Shown here: piece after piece, positions 37,104 to 46,700 of the stretch | Numbering within the stretch: the first letter of the stretch is position 1 | How the letters are laid out: each line of letters opens with the position of its first letter | Virus record (IMG/VR): IMGVR_UViG_2698536618_000020 | DNA from: a virus | Lineage: Duplodnaviria > Heunggongvirae > Uroviricota > Caudoviricetes | Length of the DNA: 52,086 nucleotides | Direction: 5' to 3' (one strand) | The notes under the pieces: model-generated | The model's input: the letters and a program-made list of their open reading frames with translations, nothing else | Database searches by the model: none | Told to the model about the DNA's origin: nothing | Made by a program: the position numbers and the translations under genes

Positions 37104-38368
37104 CCAGAAAACCGTGGCGTGCGGGGAAGGATTTATCCACAGTTGTGGAGAACATGGAAATTGGCACCGGGCAGCGTGGTGACGGACGCCACGCATTTGT
37201 GACCCGTGAGGAACTGGTTGGTCTTAAACTCGCCCGGCGTCGAACATCGGGTGGTGCCTCATATGCACTGAATCCGGGTATTGAGATTGACAGTACTTTA
37301 ATGACTGTTGATTTTCCCACAAAACCGCTGAATTTTAAGGCGGCCGGTGGATTTGGCTCGGTTCTTCTTGAATGGGATATGCCTAATTATCGCGGACATT
37401 CACTGACTGAAATCTGGCGGGGTACGGAGGATGACCTTGCTGATGCAGTGCTTGTTGCCACGACGCCGGGGCAGGTTTACGGCGATCCGGTTGACCCTGG
37501 CTGGTCGGGATTTTACTGGATACGTTTTGTTAACGCGGCAGGAGTGAAAGGTCCATGGAATGCTGAAAAAGGCACTCAGGCACAAACACAGATCGGCGTG
37601 AAGGCCATCATTGACCAGATCCGCGATGAGGCTGCAAAGTCGCCGGTTGTGTCCGAGCTGCGTAAAGAAATAAAAAACGCGCAGGGGCAGGCTGTAAAGG
37701 ATGCTGCAATTAAGACAACCGAAGTTGTGGGGACTCTCAGGGAAGAAACGACAAGAACGATTGGTGGTATTGAAACCCGCATTAGCACACTGGATTCGTC
37801 AACCAGTGAATCGCTTAATGAGGTCGACAAGCGCATCACTAAACTGGATAAAGAAGGCGGTGAGGCGTTTCTGGCAATGTGGTCAAAAAAAGCGGGAGTT
37901 GATGGTATCACTGCGGGGATCGGGATTGTCGCCGGAAAAGACAGTGAAGGCAGGCCTGTAAGTCAGGTTGCAATTTCTGCGTCGCAGTTGTTTGTCTTTG
38001 ACCCGAACAACCCGGATAACACCGCCTATCCGTTTGCGGTATCAGGTGGCAAGGTTGTGATCCCGAAAGCGATGATTTATGACGCGGTGATTGAAACACT
38101 GGTGTCGCGGAAGGTTGTGGCGGATGAGGTAAAAGCCGGGGTAAGTATCACTTCGCCAGTTATCCGGAGTGCCGTTATTCAGAACGGAAACTTTCAGGTT
38201 GATTCTCAGGGTAACCTGAATATTGGAGGCCTTTTCAGTGTTACGTCACAAGGGCAACTGACAATTCGTTACTCTAATCAGAATGTAGGACTGGTGATCC
38301 GCAATGATAAAATTGAGGTTTATGATCAGAATGGACGACTGGCTGTTCGCATAGGCAGATTACGCTGA
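37100..38368 (+). CDS. tail fibre / host-specificity-like protein
   Basis: 422 aa; ATGA-coupled; Gly/Val/Ser-rich C-terminal beta-rich region typical of fibre proteins. Confidence 0.6.
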   Translation: MTRKPWRAGKDLSTVVENMEIGTGQRGDGRHAFVTREELVGLKLARRRTSGGASYALNPGIEIDSTLMTVDFPTKPLNFKAAGGFGSVLLEWDMPNYRGHSLTEIWRGTEDDLADAVLVATTPGQVYGDPVDPGWSGFYWIRFVNAAGVKGPWNAEKGTQAQTQIGVKAIIDQIRDEAAKSPVVSELRKEIKNAQGQAVKDAAIKTTEVVGTLREETTRTIGGIETRISTLDSSTSESLNEVDKRITKLDKEGGEAFLAMWSKKAGVDGITAGIGIVAGKDSEGRPVSQVAISASQLFVFDPNNPDNTAYPFAVSGGKVVIPKAMIYDAVIETLVSRKVVADEVKAGVSITSPVIRSAVIQNGNFQVDSQGNLNIGGLFSVTSQGQLTIRYSNQNVGLVIRNDKIEVYDQNGRLAVRIGRLR

Positions 38369-38382
38369 TCAGGAGGTGAGTA

Positions 38383-38661
38383 TTGGAATACGGTTTTGCC
38401 ATTTATAACAGAAATAACGTTAATGTTACGGGCGTGCTTACTCCCATATTTTTCCTGGACAGGTTTACGGCGGAGTCGGGATCAAAAACGTATACGAATA
38501 AACCAGAAGGGAAAACATTGCAGGCAGTCTGTTCATTATTTCCGTGGAATAATGTATTTAAGGACCGGAAAGTACCGAAGATAACCATTAATGGCAATAC
38601 GGTGACGTGGTCAAATCTTGAGCAGGGGATGGGGTCATATATTTATACATTCTGGGGGTGA
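38383..38661 (+). CDS. hypothetical protein, AT-rich
   Basis: 92-aa ORF directly after fibre gene. Confidence 0.45.
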   Translation: MEYGFAIYNRNNVNVTGVLTPIFFLDRFTAESGSKTYTNKPEGKTLQAVCSLFPWNNVFKDRKVPKITINGNTVTWSNLEQGMGSYIYTFWG

Positions 38662-39284
38662 GTTGTATGTATGGTTTAAGCATTACGAAACCAGATGGCA
38701 GCTTGTGGATAAGCCCGGGGTTTACGCCTCAGTGTCTGATCAATAAGGGAACTATTCCGGCGACTGAGAAGGCTTTTTTTAAAACGTCAATTCCGTCAGG
38801 AAAAAGTTGTTTTTTCTTTATCAGAACAGAGAATAAGGCCGATGTCATGTACACGCATGAACAGATTGATGGATATCATGCCTTAAGGCTTCATCAAATT
38901 GTCAGGGGAACGAATCCTGGTGTTACGACTGTTTATGCTTTTGCGAATATGGTTACTCAACCTTCTGAGTATGGTATCGCCATGTATAACCCGTCGGGTG
39001 AGATGATTTACCATGGCGAAATGATGCTGCTTGACGCGAAGTTAATACCAGTTGATATCAAGTTTGAGAAGGACCTTGGATATCCATGCGCAATTATGCC
39101 TGCACTGGTTGGATATTATAACTGGAAACGAACACCTTATGACCGACCGATTTACACCACATCCACTGGTGCTACAGGAAATAAAATATATTCCTGTGAG
39201 CATTATTCCGGTGGTGCAACATGGGATATCCGAAAGCCGTATATAGATAAAGTTCTGGTTATTAATTCCTCAATATATGATTAG
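38658..39284 (+). CDS. hypothetical protein, AT-rich (possible tail tip / receptor-binding accessory)
   Basis: 208-aa ORF, ATGA-coupled to previous. Confidence 0.5.
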   Translation: MSCMYGLSITKPDGSLWISPGFTPQCLINKGTIPATEKAFFKTSIPSGKSCFFFIRTENKADVMYTHEQIDGYHALRLHQIVRGTNPGVTTVYAFANMVTQPSEYGIAMYNPSGEMIYHGEMMLLDAKLIPVDIKFEKDLGYPCAIMPALVGYYNWKRTPYDRPIYTTSTGATGNKIYSCEHYSGGATWDIRKPYIDKVLVINSSIYD

Positions 39285-39363
39285 CGTAAGAAAAACTTTA
39301 ATAGTGTAAAACGAAAGCGTTCCTTTCAGACATCGCATCCTTTAATTCAGAGAAATACTTAAA

Positions 39364-40101
39364 ATGAAAAGTATCATGAAATTTTTTGCGTGTGCAGTTC
39401 TGGTGATGAGTTGCTTAACTGCACAGGTAAATGCAGCATCAGGCGATAGTACGGTATCTCTCGGGTTTGCACACATACGCTTCCCCGGGCTGAAGGATTT
39501 TGTTAGAGACGCGGGTGTTTATAACCGGGATACGTTCAGGAATGTTGTAAACGTAAACCATTTTAATTCATCAGGTGAATACGAAAATGCTATTGCCCGG
39601 GGGCATGACGGCACAGCCAAAAGCCCCCTGGGGATGAGCATCAGGTATCGTTACGAGATAACTGATGAACTGGGTGTTATAGCCTCTTTTACATGGGCGC
39701 GCTCCATGACTAATGCGCAGGCATTTATTGATGTTAAGCCTTCCGATCCATCACGAGAGGTAAAAAAACCGGCAGCTTCAGCGAGAACTGATATCAGGGC
39801 TAATTACTGGAGTCTACTATCCGGTCCTTCGTGGCGGTTTAACGAATACCTCAGTGTGTATGCAATGGCTGGTATGGGGGTTGCAAAAGTCACCACTGAC
39901 TTGAAAATTAACGACAATCTTAATCATGGTGCCGGTAGTTTTTCTGAAAGTAACAGCACCAAAAAAACGTCTATTGCATGGTCTGTCGGCGCGCAATTTA
40001 ACTTCAATGAAAGTGTTACTATGGACGTCACTTATGAAAGCTCAGGCTCTGGCGACTGGAAAACTGATGGTTTATTTGCAGGCATTGGCCTGAAATTCTG
40101 A
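39364..40101 (+). CDS. lom: Lom/Ail/PagC-family outer membrane beta-barrel protein
   Basis: 245 aa; signal peptide (MKSIMKFFACAVLVMSCLTAQVNA); C-terminus 'YESSGSGDWKTDGLFAGIGLKF' matches lambda Lom '...GSGSGDWRTDGFIVGVGYKF'. Confidence 0.85.
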   Translation: MKSIMKFFACAVLVMSCLTAQVNAASGDSTVSLGFAHIRFPGLKDFVRDAGVYNRDTFRNVVNVNHFNSSGEYENAIARGHDGTAKSPLGMSIRYRYEITDELGVIASFTWARSMTNAQAFIDVKPSDPSREVKKPAASARTDIRANYWSLLSGPSWRFNEYLSVYAMAGMGVAKVTTDLKINDNLNHGAGSFSESNSTKKTSIAWSVGAQFNFNESVTMDVTYESSGSGDWKTDGLFAGIGLKF

Positions 40102-40124
40102 GTAATACCCGACAACATGTCATA

Positions 40125-40150
40125 ACCCGCTGTGATGGCGGGTTTTTTGT
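40125..40150 (+). terminator. intrinsic terminator after lom
   Basis: ACCCGC-tgtgatg-GCGGGT + TTTTTGTTG. Confidence 0.7.
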
Positions 40151-40333
40151 TGCCCGTGCAGGGCAAAAATCGTAGATTATGCGCGGGTGCCTTTCGGCTG
40201 ATGGCTGGAGGGAGAACCTGAAGGCCTGATGTGGAAAGGCCCCGAGTCAAACATTTTGTTTAACCCGAGGCCCTAACCATCATACCTTAAGCAAGTAGAA
40301 GGTTAGCGCCTCTCCACTCAGGAGGCAAGCGCT

Positions 40334-40474
40334 ATGTCGCAAAAATCGCTCATCACCGTCACAATTTGTATGACGGTAATCTTCACCATCTGGATGTTAC
40401 ACGGCTCGTTGTGTGAGTTCCGGCTGAATTTGTGGGGAGCGGAGTTTGCGGCGTTCTTACAGTGTAAGCAGTAG
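40334..40474 (+). CDS. Hok-family type I toxin (HokA-like)
   Basis: 46 aa 'MSQKSLITVTICMTVIFTIWMLHGSLCEFRLNLWGAEFAAFLQCKQ', resembles HokA (FTWMIRDSLCEL...AAFLACK) as recalled; AGGAGG SD; stable stem-loop GACGGGGAC-gaaa-GTCCCCGTC at 40488-40509. Confidence 0.6.
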   Translation: MSQKSLITVTICMTVIFTIWMLHGSLCEFRLNLWGAEFAAFLQCKQ

Positions 40475-40530
40475 GAAAACCGCGACGGGGACGAAAGTCC
40501 CCGTCAACTGGTTGCTGAGGTTCAGCCGAT

Positions 40531-40932
40531 ATGGCACCCGTTTCTGGTGAGAGAATGGACGACACAATTTTCCGGTATATGCAGCGTGTTGTGAGAAATT
40601 CCCGCAACCCTGAATTTATGAATGAAGTTAAAGACGCCTGCCTTAAAAAGCAGGCGTTTTGCTTTGAGGCACCGGATGGTTTTCTGGTGCTGCGTTCTGT
40701 GCTCAGTGACGACGGTATCCCTTATGTTCTGGTGTTGCTGGGTGTGTGTACGGGGAGTGCCGGTGTTGAGCGTTATCTGCCGGAGGTGAAGACATTAACC
40801 CGTCTGGCTGGCGGACGCTGGGCTGAATTCCACACGGCAAGGCGGGGATTTATCCGGCTGGGAAAACGTCTGGGCTTTGAGCGAATGCCGGATGATGAGG
40901 ATGGCTTCATGGTGTTCAGGATAGCGGTCTGA
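40531..40932 (+). CDS. hypothetical protein
   Basis: 133-aa ORF (alternative Met at 40555) followed by terminator. Confidence 0.45.
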   Translation: MAPVSGERMDDTIFRYMQRVVRNSRNPEFMNEVKDACLKKQAFCFEAPDGFLVLRSVLSDDGIPYVLVLLGVCTGSAGVERYLPEVKTLTRLAGGRWAEFHTARRGFIRLGKRLGFERMPDDEDGFMVFRIAV

Positions 40933-40982
40933 CTGCCACTGTATTCATTATCGTGTGTAAACCAATTGCAATTCACATTCTG

Positions 40983-41008
40983 ACCCTGCCCCGGCAGGGT
41001 TTTTTGTT
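40983..41008 (+). terminator. intrinsic terminator
   Basis: CCCTGCC-ccgg-CAGGG + TTTTTTGTT. Confidence 0.7.
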
Positions 41009-41023
41009 ATCCAGGGGGCCATA

Positions 41024-41680
41024 ATGGGCGGAAAAAAAGGCGGTGGTGATACCAAAGTAAAACCAACAGCAGCGCAAATAGCACAGGAAGAAGTGGCCTG
41101 GAAAGGGTGGCAGGATTATCAAAAAATCCTCCGCCCGGCTGAAGATAACTTCATGGAAAAGGTCGATGACCTGAACAGTGAGCAGCAGTACGACAATATT
41201 GCTGGCACCACAAATCTGGGGTATCAGAAACAGTTTGGCGAAGCACGGAAGGAGCTGGCGGGTAATCTTGCTCAGTCCGGTGTTGACCCGTCCAGTGGTC
41301 GCTTTAACGCGGTAATGAATGCGAACCAGAGTGATCAGGTAACCGGGCAGATTGACACAACCACACGGGGGCAGGTATCGCAGGCAGATAAGTATGTTGC
41401 CGGGCTACAGGATGTTGCTGCTCTCGGTTCTGGTCAAAAGGCGGATGCGTTACAGAGTTTTAACTCGCTGGCAGACAGCAGTCTGGTAAAAGCTAAATCG
41501 GACGCACAGGCTGCGTTTACGAAACAGCAGGGGCGAGCCTCTCTTGTTGGCGCTGGTTTGGGTGCGGTAGGTGCATATGCGATGTATAAGGCTGGCGGTA
41601 GCGGAGGAAGTGGCGGTGCTAAAACACCTGGCACCGGCGCTAATGCCATTCAGCATCAGGCTCAGAACTGGAGACTGTGA
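41024..41680 (+). CDS. hypothetical virion-internal protein
   Basis: 218 aa; Gly-rich C-terminus. Confidence 0.55.
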   Translation: MGGKKGGGDTKVKPTAAQIAQEEVAWKGWQDYQKILRPAEDNFMEKVDDLNSEQQYDNIAGTTNLGYQKQFGEARKELAGNLAQSGVDPSSGRFNAVMNANQSDQVTGQIDTTTRGQVSQADKYVAGLQDVAALGSGQKADALQSFNSLADSSLVKAKSDAQAAFTKQQGRASLVGAGLGAVGAYAMYKAGGSGGSGGAKTPGTGANAIQHQAQNWRL

Positions 41681-42129
41681 TTATGGAGTACGGTAAATAC
41701 GAAACACTTGCGAGATACGGTTATACCGGAGCTGCCCGTCCACAGGGTGACTGGCAGACGTCAGCAGCGCTGACACGCCAACAATACGACGACTGGCGAA
41801 CCAGATATTTGCCCCGCGTGGCAAGGCTGGCTGACCTTGGCGAGAACAACAGCCTGATGAGTGCCCAGCTTGCCCGGGTGGGCGGCCTTGCCACTTCCAG
41901 TCTCCGTACAGCGCAGATGGCGCAGGATAACCAGATGGCGAGATACGGGGTAAGCCGCCCGGATAATCCCAACAGTAACACACTGGGTTTGCGTAATGCT
42001 CTGGCAATTGCTGGCGCGAAAAATGGTATCCGTGAAGCAGAGCAGGATCGCCAGATGAACATACTGACGGGGGCTTCTGCACCTGCAAGACAACAACTGA
42101 GTGTTGGCGGAAAACTGGTGTCAGCGTAA
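41677..42129 (+). CDS. hypothetical virion-internal protein
   Basis: 150-aa ORF, ATGA-coupled. Confidence 0.55.
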   Translation: MIMEYGKYETLARYGYTGAARPQGDWQTSAALTRQQYDDWRTRYLPRVARLADLGENNSLMSAQLARVGGLATSSLRTAQMAQDNQMARYGVSRPDNPNSNTLGLRNALAIAGAKNGIREAEQDRQMNILTGASAPARQQLSVGGKLVSA

Positions 42130-42138
42130 GGGGGCAAT

Positions 42139-42390
42139 ATGGGATACGGTTTACTGGATATTGCGAATCAGTCGAGGCGTGAGGTATTACAGGGAATAAG
42201 TGATGCCGACAGACGACGTGAAGAAATTGAGGCCGCGAACAAACAGATGGCGGCGCAACAGAAAGCGCAGAACAAACAGAATATCGGCACGGGAATTGGT
42301 ACGGGTGCAGCTATGGGCGCTGCTGTTGGTGGTCTCCCCGGTGCGGCTATTGGTGCTGTCATAGGTGGTATTGCTGGTTCTTTGTTTTAA
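42139..42390 (+). CDS. small glycine-zipper membrane protein
   Basis: 83 aa; C-terminal 'GIGTGAAMGAAVGGLPGAAIGAVIGGIAGSLF'. Confidence 0.5.
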   Translation: MGYGLLDIANQSRREVLQGISDADRRREEIEAANKQMAAQQKAQNKQNIGTGIGTGAAMGAAVGGLPGAAIGAVIGGIAGSLF

Positions 42391-42400
42391 GGAGTGGTGA

Positions 42401-43666
42401 ATGAGCGGATTTGCACAGGGTTTACTTGCCGGATTCAGCACGGTTGACCAGGCAATGACCCGTCGTAAGGAACTTGGTTTGCGAGAAGCACAGCTTGCTC
42501 AACAACAGAAAAATAACGAGCGCGATTTTGAATTTGCACAGTCGCAGTTTGAACATAATAAAGACGTTGATCAGCGGAACTTTGATTACAGAGCCAAAGT
42601 CGACGACCGTAATTATGCACTGCAGGAAAGGGAGTTTAACGCCAACCAGAATTACCGGAATGCGTCGCTGGGTATGGAGCAGCAGCGACTCCGGATGCAG
42701 AAATACAACCAGCGACGGCTTGAGTATAACGATATGCTGGCGCGCGATCAGCCTGTGATGGCGGCGCTTGGAAAGGCTGTGGATGCTGGCGATCGGGATG
42801 CAGCAATGCGTCTTTACGGCCAGTTGTCAGAGGGTAATCCGCTGAGGCTGATGGCGAATGATGGCTATGTAGCGAAAGCGGGTCAGGCCGTGAACAACCT
42901 GCAAAAAATCTTTGATGACAAGCCAGACAGGGCTATCGCTTCACTTAATACGCCGGAGAATCTTGATGTCCTTTCCGGGGTGTTTGGCCCGGAACTGCAA
43001 CAGCGTATTGGCATGCCCGATTCAACCGGGAAAAAGACGATAAAAGAGGCCAGGATTGGCAGTATAGTACCGGCACAGCAGGAAGGGTACATACTTATCG
43101 GCCTTGATCTCACATACAGTGATGGCTCTACAGCACATAAACCCGTTACGGAATACGGCAGTGCACATCCTGATGATCAAACCGTGCTGGCGGTGCCTGT
43201 TGATAAGGCTGTTGAGCTTGTCAGGGATCGCAGTAAATTCGCGGAAATTTCGAAAAATTTCGGCTATTTCACGCCGAAGCAGCAGGGACTTTCTGCGGAT
43301 CAACTTCAGAAAGGAGCCAGCCAGGTAGCGATAAAGGTTGCACAGGACGGCGGTGATGCGCAGGGAGCAGTGACGCAATATTATGCTTCGATGGGACTGC
43401 CGCAGTATCAGCAGCAAATTCAGCAGCAAAAAATTCAACAAGGGATTACCAGTTGGGCGGGTGATGATCCGGATAAGCAGGCATTTGCCAGAGAAGTGGC
43501 CTCCCGTCAGCCAGAAATGCTGGAGCCTCAGAATCAGAAATTGCTGGAACACGGGTATGCGAATTTTCTCCGTATTCAAAAGGCCAGGGGGGAACAGGCC
43601 AGGGATGATAGCGCGGCCTCTGCATCTGAGTTTATCCGTGGTCTGAAACAGAATTACGCGCAGTAA
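42401..43666 (+). CDS. hypothetical virion-internal protein
   Basis: 421 aa, coiled-coil rich, AAGGAG SD. Confidence 0.6.
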   Translation: MSGFAQGLLAGFSTVDQAMTRRKELGLREAQLAQQQKNNERDFEFAQSQFEHNKDVDQRNFDYRAKVDDRNYALQEREFNANQNYRNASLGMEQQRLRMQKYNQRRLEYNDMLARDQPVMAALGKAVDAGDRDAAMRLYGQLSEGNPLRLMANDGYVAKAGQAVNNLQKIFDDKPDRAIASLNTPENLDVLSGVFGPELQQRIGMPDSTGKKTIKEARIGSIVPAQQEGYILIGLDLTYSDGSTAHKPVTEYGSAHPDDQTVLAVPVDKAVELVRDRSKFAEISKNFGYFTPKQQGLSADQLQKGASQVAIKVAQDGGDAQGAVTQYYASMGLPQYQQQIQQQKIQQGITSWAGDDPDKQAFAREVASRQPEMLEPQNQKLLEHGYANFLRIQKARGEQARDDSAASASEFIRGLKQNYAQ

Positions 43667-43699
43667 TTCACCATTCCCGTTAATACTATTTCCTGATAC

Positions 43700-43726
43700 C
43701 CGGTCATTGTGCCGGGTTTTTTTATG
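43700..43726 (+). terminator. intrinsic terminator
   Basis: CCCGG-tcattgtg-CCGGG + TTTTTTTAT. Confidence 0.7.
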
Positions 43727-43734
43727 GAGTCTGT

Positions 43735-46700
43735 ATGGCTTATTCCGATGAACAGCGCCCTGAAGCGCAATTTGGCAACCAGAGCCGCAACAGCCTGAAC
43801 ATTCAGCAGCCGGGAGAGACTGACAGCTATGATGTGTTTTTCTCCGATCCCAATCGCTGGAAGGACAACAGCACGTCGTTCAGCCTGGGCGATGTATTGC
43901 CAACTATGGGGAAAGGTGTCGCCCAGTCCGTCCGGGGGACAGGGGAAATGGCCCGTGGACTCGGTGATGCGATGATTCAGAGCCCGGTAAAAACAGGGGC
44001 ACGTATTTTAAATGAGTTCAGCCGTATGGGGCTGCCGGGAGTAGCAACTGTTCAGGATATTTTTGTCGGTGGCAGCAAGGGGGCGGATGAGGTCATCGAC
44101 ACTCTGCCTGATGGAAAAAATGCGGTTACTGATACTGTCGGTAAAGGTCTGAAGGTCACAGGCAAGGCAGTCAGTGGCGGCGCTAAAGCCTCGGATGAAT
44201 GGCTGACTGGCAAGATGTCGCCGGGGGCGCAGCGGGCGCTGAATACACCGATGACTGAAGGATATGATGATTCAGCGGTCTGGGTAGCGAAAGGGGTTAA
44301 CCTGATTGGTGCGCTTGTACCGGATATGGTTGCAGGCGGTGTGACTAAAAAGCTGGGTGATGTCACTCTGCGAAAAGTGCTGACCGCCGGGCTGGAGAAA
44401 AAATACATCGCGGCAGGGATGCAGCCGGAAAGAGCCACAGCACTGGCAGCCGAAGCTGTCGATAAAAAAATGCCGGATTTTTTCCAGGCAGGCCTGATCA
44501 CCCATTCCACTGTCAGTGCGCAAGGGCGGAGTGCAATGGCAGCGGCAGATGCTGTTCTTAACGCGGATTATTCTGAGCTGGCGAAGTCACCGAAATTTCA
44601 GCAGACCTTTTTGTCAATTGATGCAGATCCGCAGCACGCGCAGCTTACTGACCGCCAGAAAATGGACCTGGCAAAAGAGCGTGTTGCCGATGAGGTGCGT
44701 GCGCAACTGGCAACCGATCCTGAATTGCTGGCTGTGAATGCCATGGCGGCAAAACTGGGCGATGCTCAGTTGCTTAATCTGGCGATGCGGGGCACGGCGA
44801 AGACCGTTAAAAGCGGCATTGTCAGAAATGCCACGGAACAGGGGACGATTAATGCGGCGCAGGGTGGCTATTCACGCTATCAGGAAAACACGGCATTGCG
44901 TGAGACCGCCGGAATGGATGTGTCACCGTGGGAGGGCGTGGCTGACGCAACGATCGAAGGTGCAGCCCTTGGTGCTGCAATGGGGGCACCATTCGGTGCG
45001 GCTGCCGGATATCGTGGAAAACGTCAGGCGGCAGATGAAGCAGCCATGCGTGAGGCTGAAAGCGTTCCTCAGGACGAATCGGCTCCGCAACCCGAACCGG
45101 TTGATCCGGTGGCACAGCATCGTGAATCTATGCAGGGGATGAATCGCGAGCAGCTTCTGGAACAGTATGCTGATGCGGATATGGCACATGAGGGAGACAC
45201 GTCTGCCGTTCATCGCCGGGAAGCCGCCAGCCAGCTGTTGAATGAACTGGATGAACAGGCGAAGCGACAGGCGGTGATGGATGAGCTGAAGGCGAAGCCG
45301 CGCCCTGAACTGCTTGAGGAATACCGAAAACTCAGCCAGAAGGAAGGGCGTACTGATACTGAAGAGCAGCAGTTACAGGCAATACGTGATGTGCTTCGCC
45401 CTCAGCGGGAGGCCAGACCGGAGGCACAGCCACAGCCGGAAAATGCGGATGATGGCGACGGGAGTATTTACCCGACGGTGCGGTTCCGCGATCCGGATGA
45501 AGTTCGTATTGAAATTAACGAGAGTGGTGCGTCCAGACCAGCAGAACGCATTGAAAAGGTGCGTCCGGACAACCGTTATTTCACGGATGAAAAAAGTGCT
45601 CTGGGGAGCGACGTTTTCCGCAATGCCAGCGCCACCGGCCTGAAACCGTCCGTAGTGAAGAAAGGCGAGAATCAGTATGCCGTTGAAATGGATAATCCTG
45701 CGTTCTCTGAAGATGTGGCAACGGAGACCATTAACACTCTGGCTGACGGAGAGCGTATTACTGATGCTGATCCGATGGAACAGCCCGCGTTCATGCGTGA
45801 CCCGCGATTCCGTGGTTTTACGGGGGATGATACAGAAGTGCAGGCCCGTCTTGCCCGTGGCAACGCGCCGACGGCGGAAGAACTGGTGCGTTCCCAGATG
45901 GCTGAAGGTGATGCCGGTCCGACAGCACAGGAGTTAACTGAGCGTCCACGCCTTCCCGCTCCCGGCGATATTCATCCCGGACAGGGATATCCGTTACCAG
46001 GAGAAGTGGCGCGTACGCCGGATGAAAATCAGGCCGGACGTGGTGGTCGTTTTACCACAACCGGTGAGGTGAAGGGCCAGAGTTTCCAGAAAGGACGTGC
46101 GCAGGCACCGGAAAATGCCGCTGGTCGCCAGGGGGAAATACTGGAGGGCGAAACAGTTCGTCGTGGTCTGCCGTCACCGGATGAGCAGAACGCCACAGCA
46201 CCAGTGCGTGAAGGACTTCCTGCACCTGAAAGTCAGCGTGGGGTTGATATGCCACAGCCTGAATCACTCCCTCGTATGGTTCGTGACTCCCTTCCGGAAC
46301 TGGCACAGCAGGCAGAAGCACGCAGACAGACCGGGGATAATCGCCAGACCATAACCGATGTTCCGGATACTGAGGTGCCGGTGCCGGTAGATAAACCGAG
46401 CACTCACCAGCAGGTGCGTGGTGCGAAAATTGAAGACTTTGGCGAGGAGATTAAGGGCGCGGCAAAACACCGTTATGCGCAGCTTGCTGAAGCTATGGGT
46501 AAAACGCTGGAGGATGGGGAGTACGCGACACAACCACTGAGCAAACTGTTTCCAAAGCCGGATTATGCCCGTCTGGAAAAAGAAGGTGTGGATAGTGACA
46601 CGCTGGCAATGATGGCGTTGTATCGCAGTGAAATTCCCACCAGAACAAGCCGTAACATGCAGAAATGGATCAGCATTGTTAAAAGCGGTCGCGAAGCTAC

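Noticed and set aside
41434-42441. Multiple minus-strand ORFs of 64-138 aa
   Set aside because: Antisense to co-directional, tightly coupled structural genes; Ala/Pro-rich translations typical of GC-rich antisense frames.
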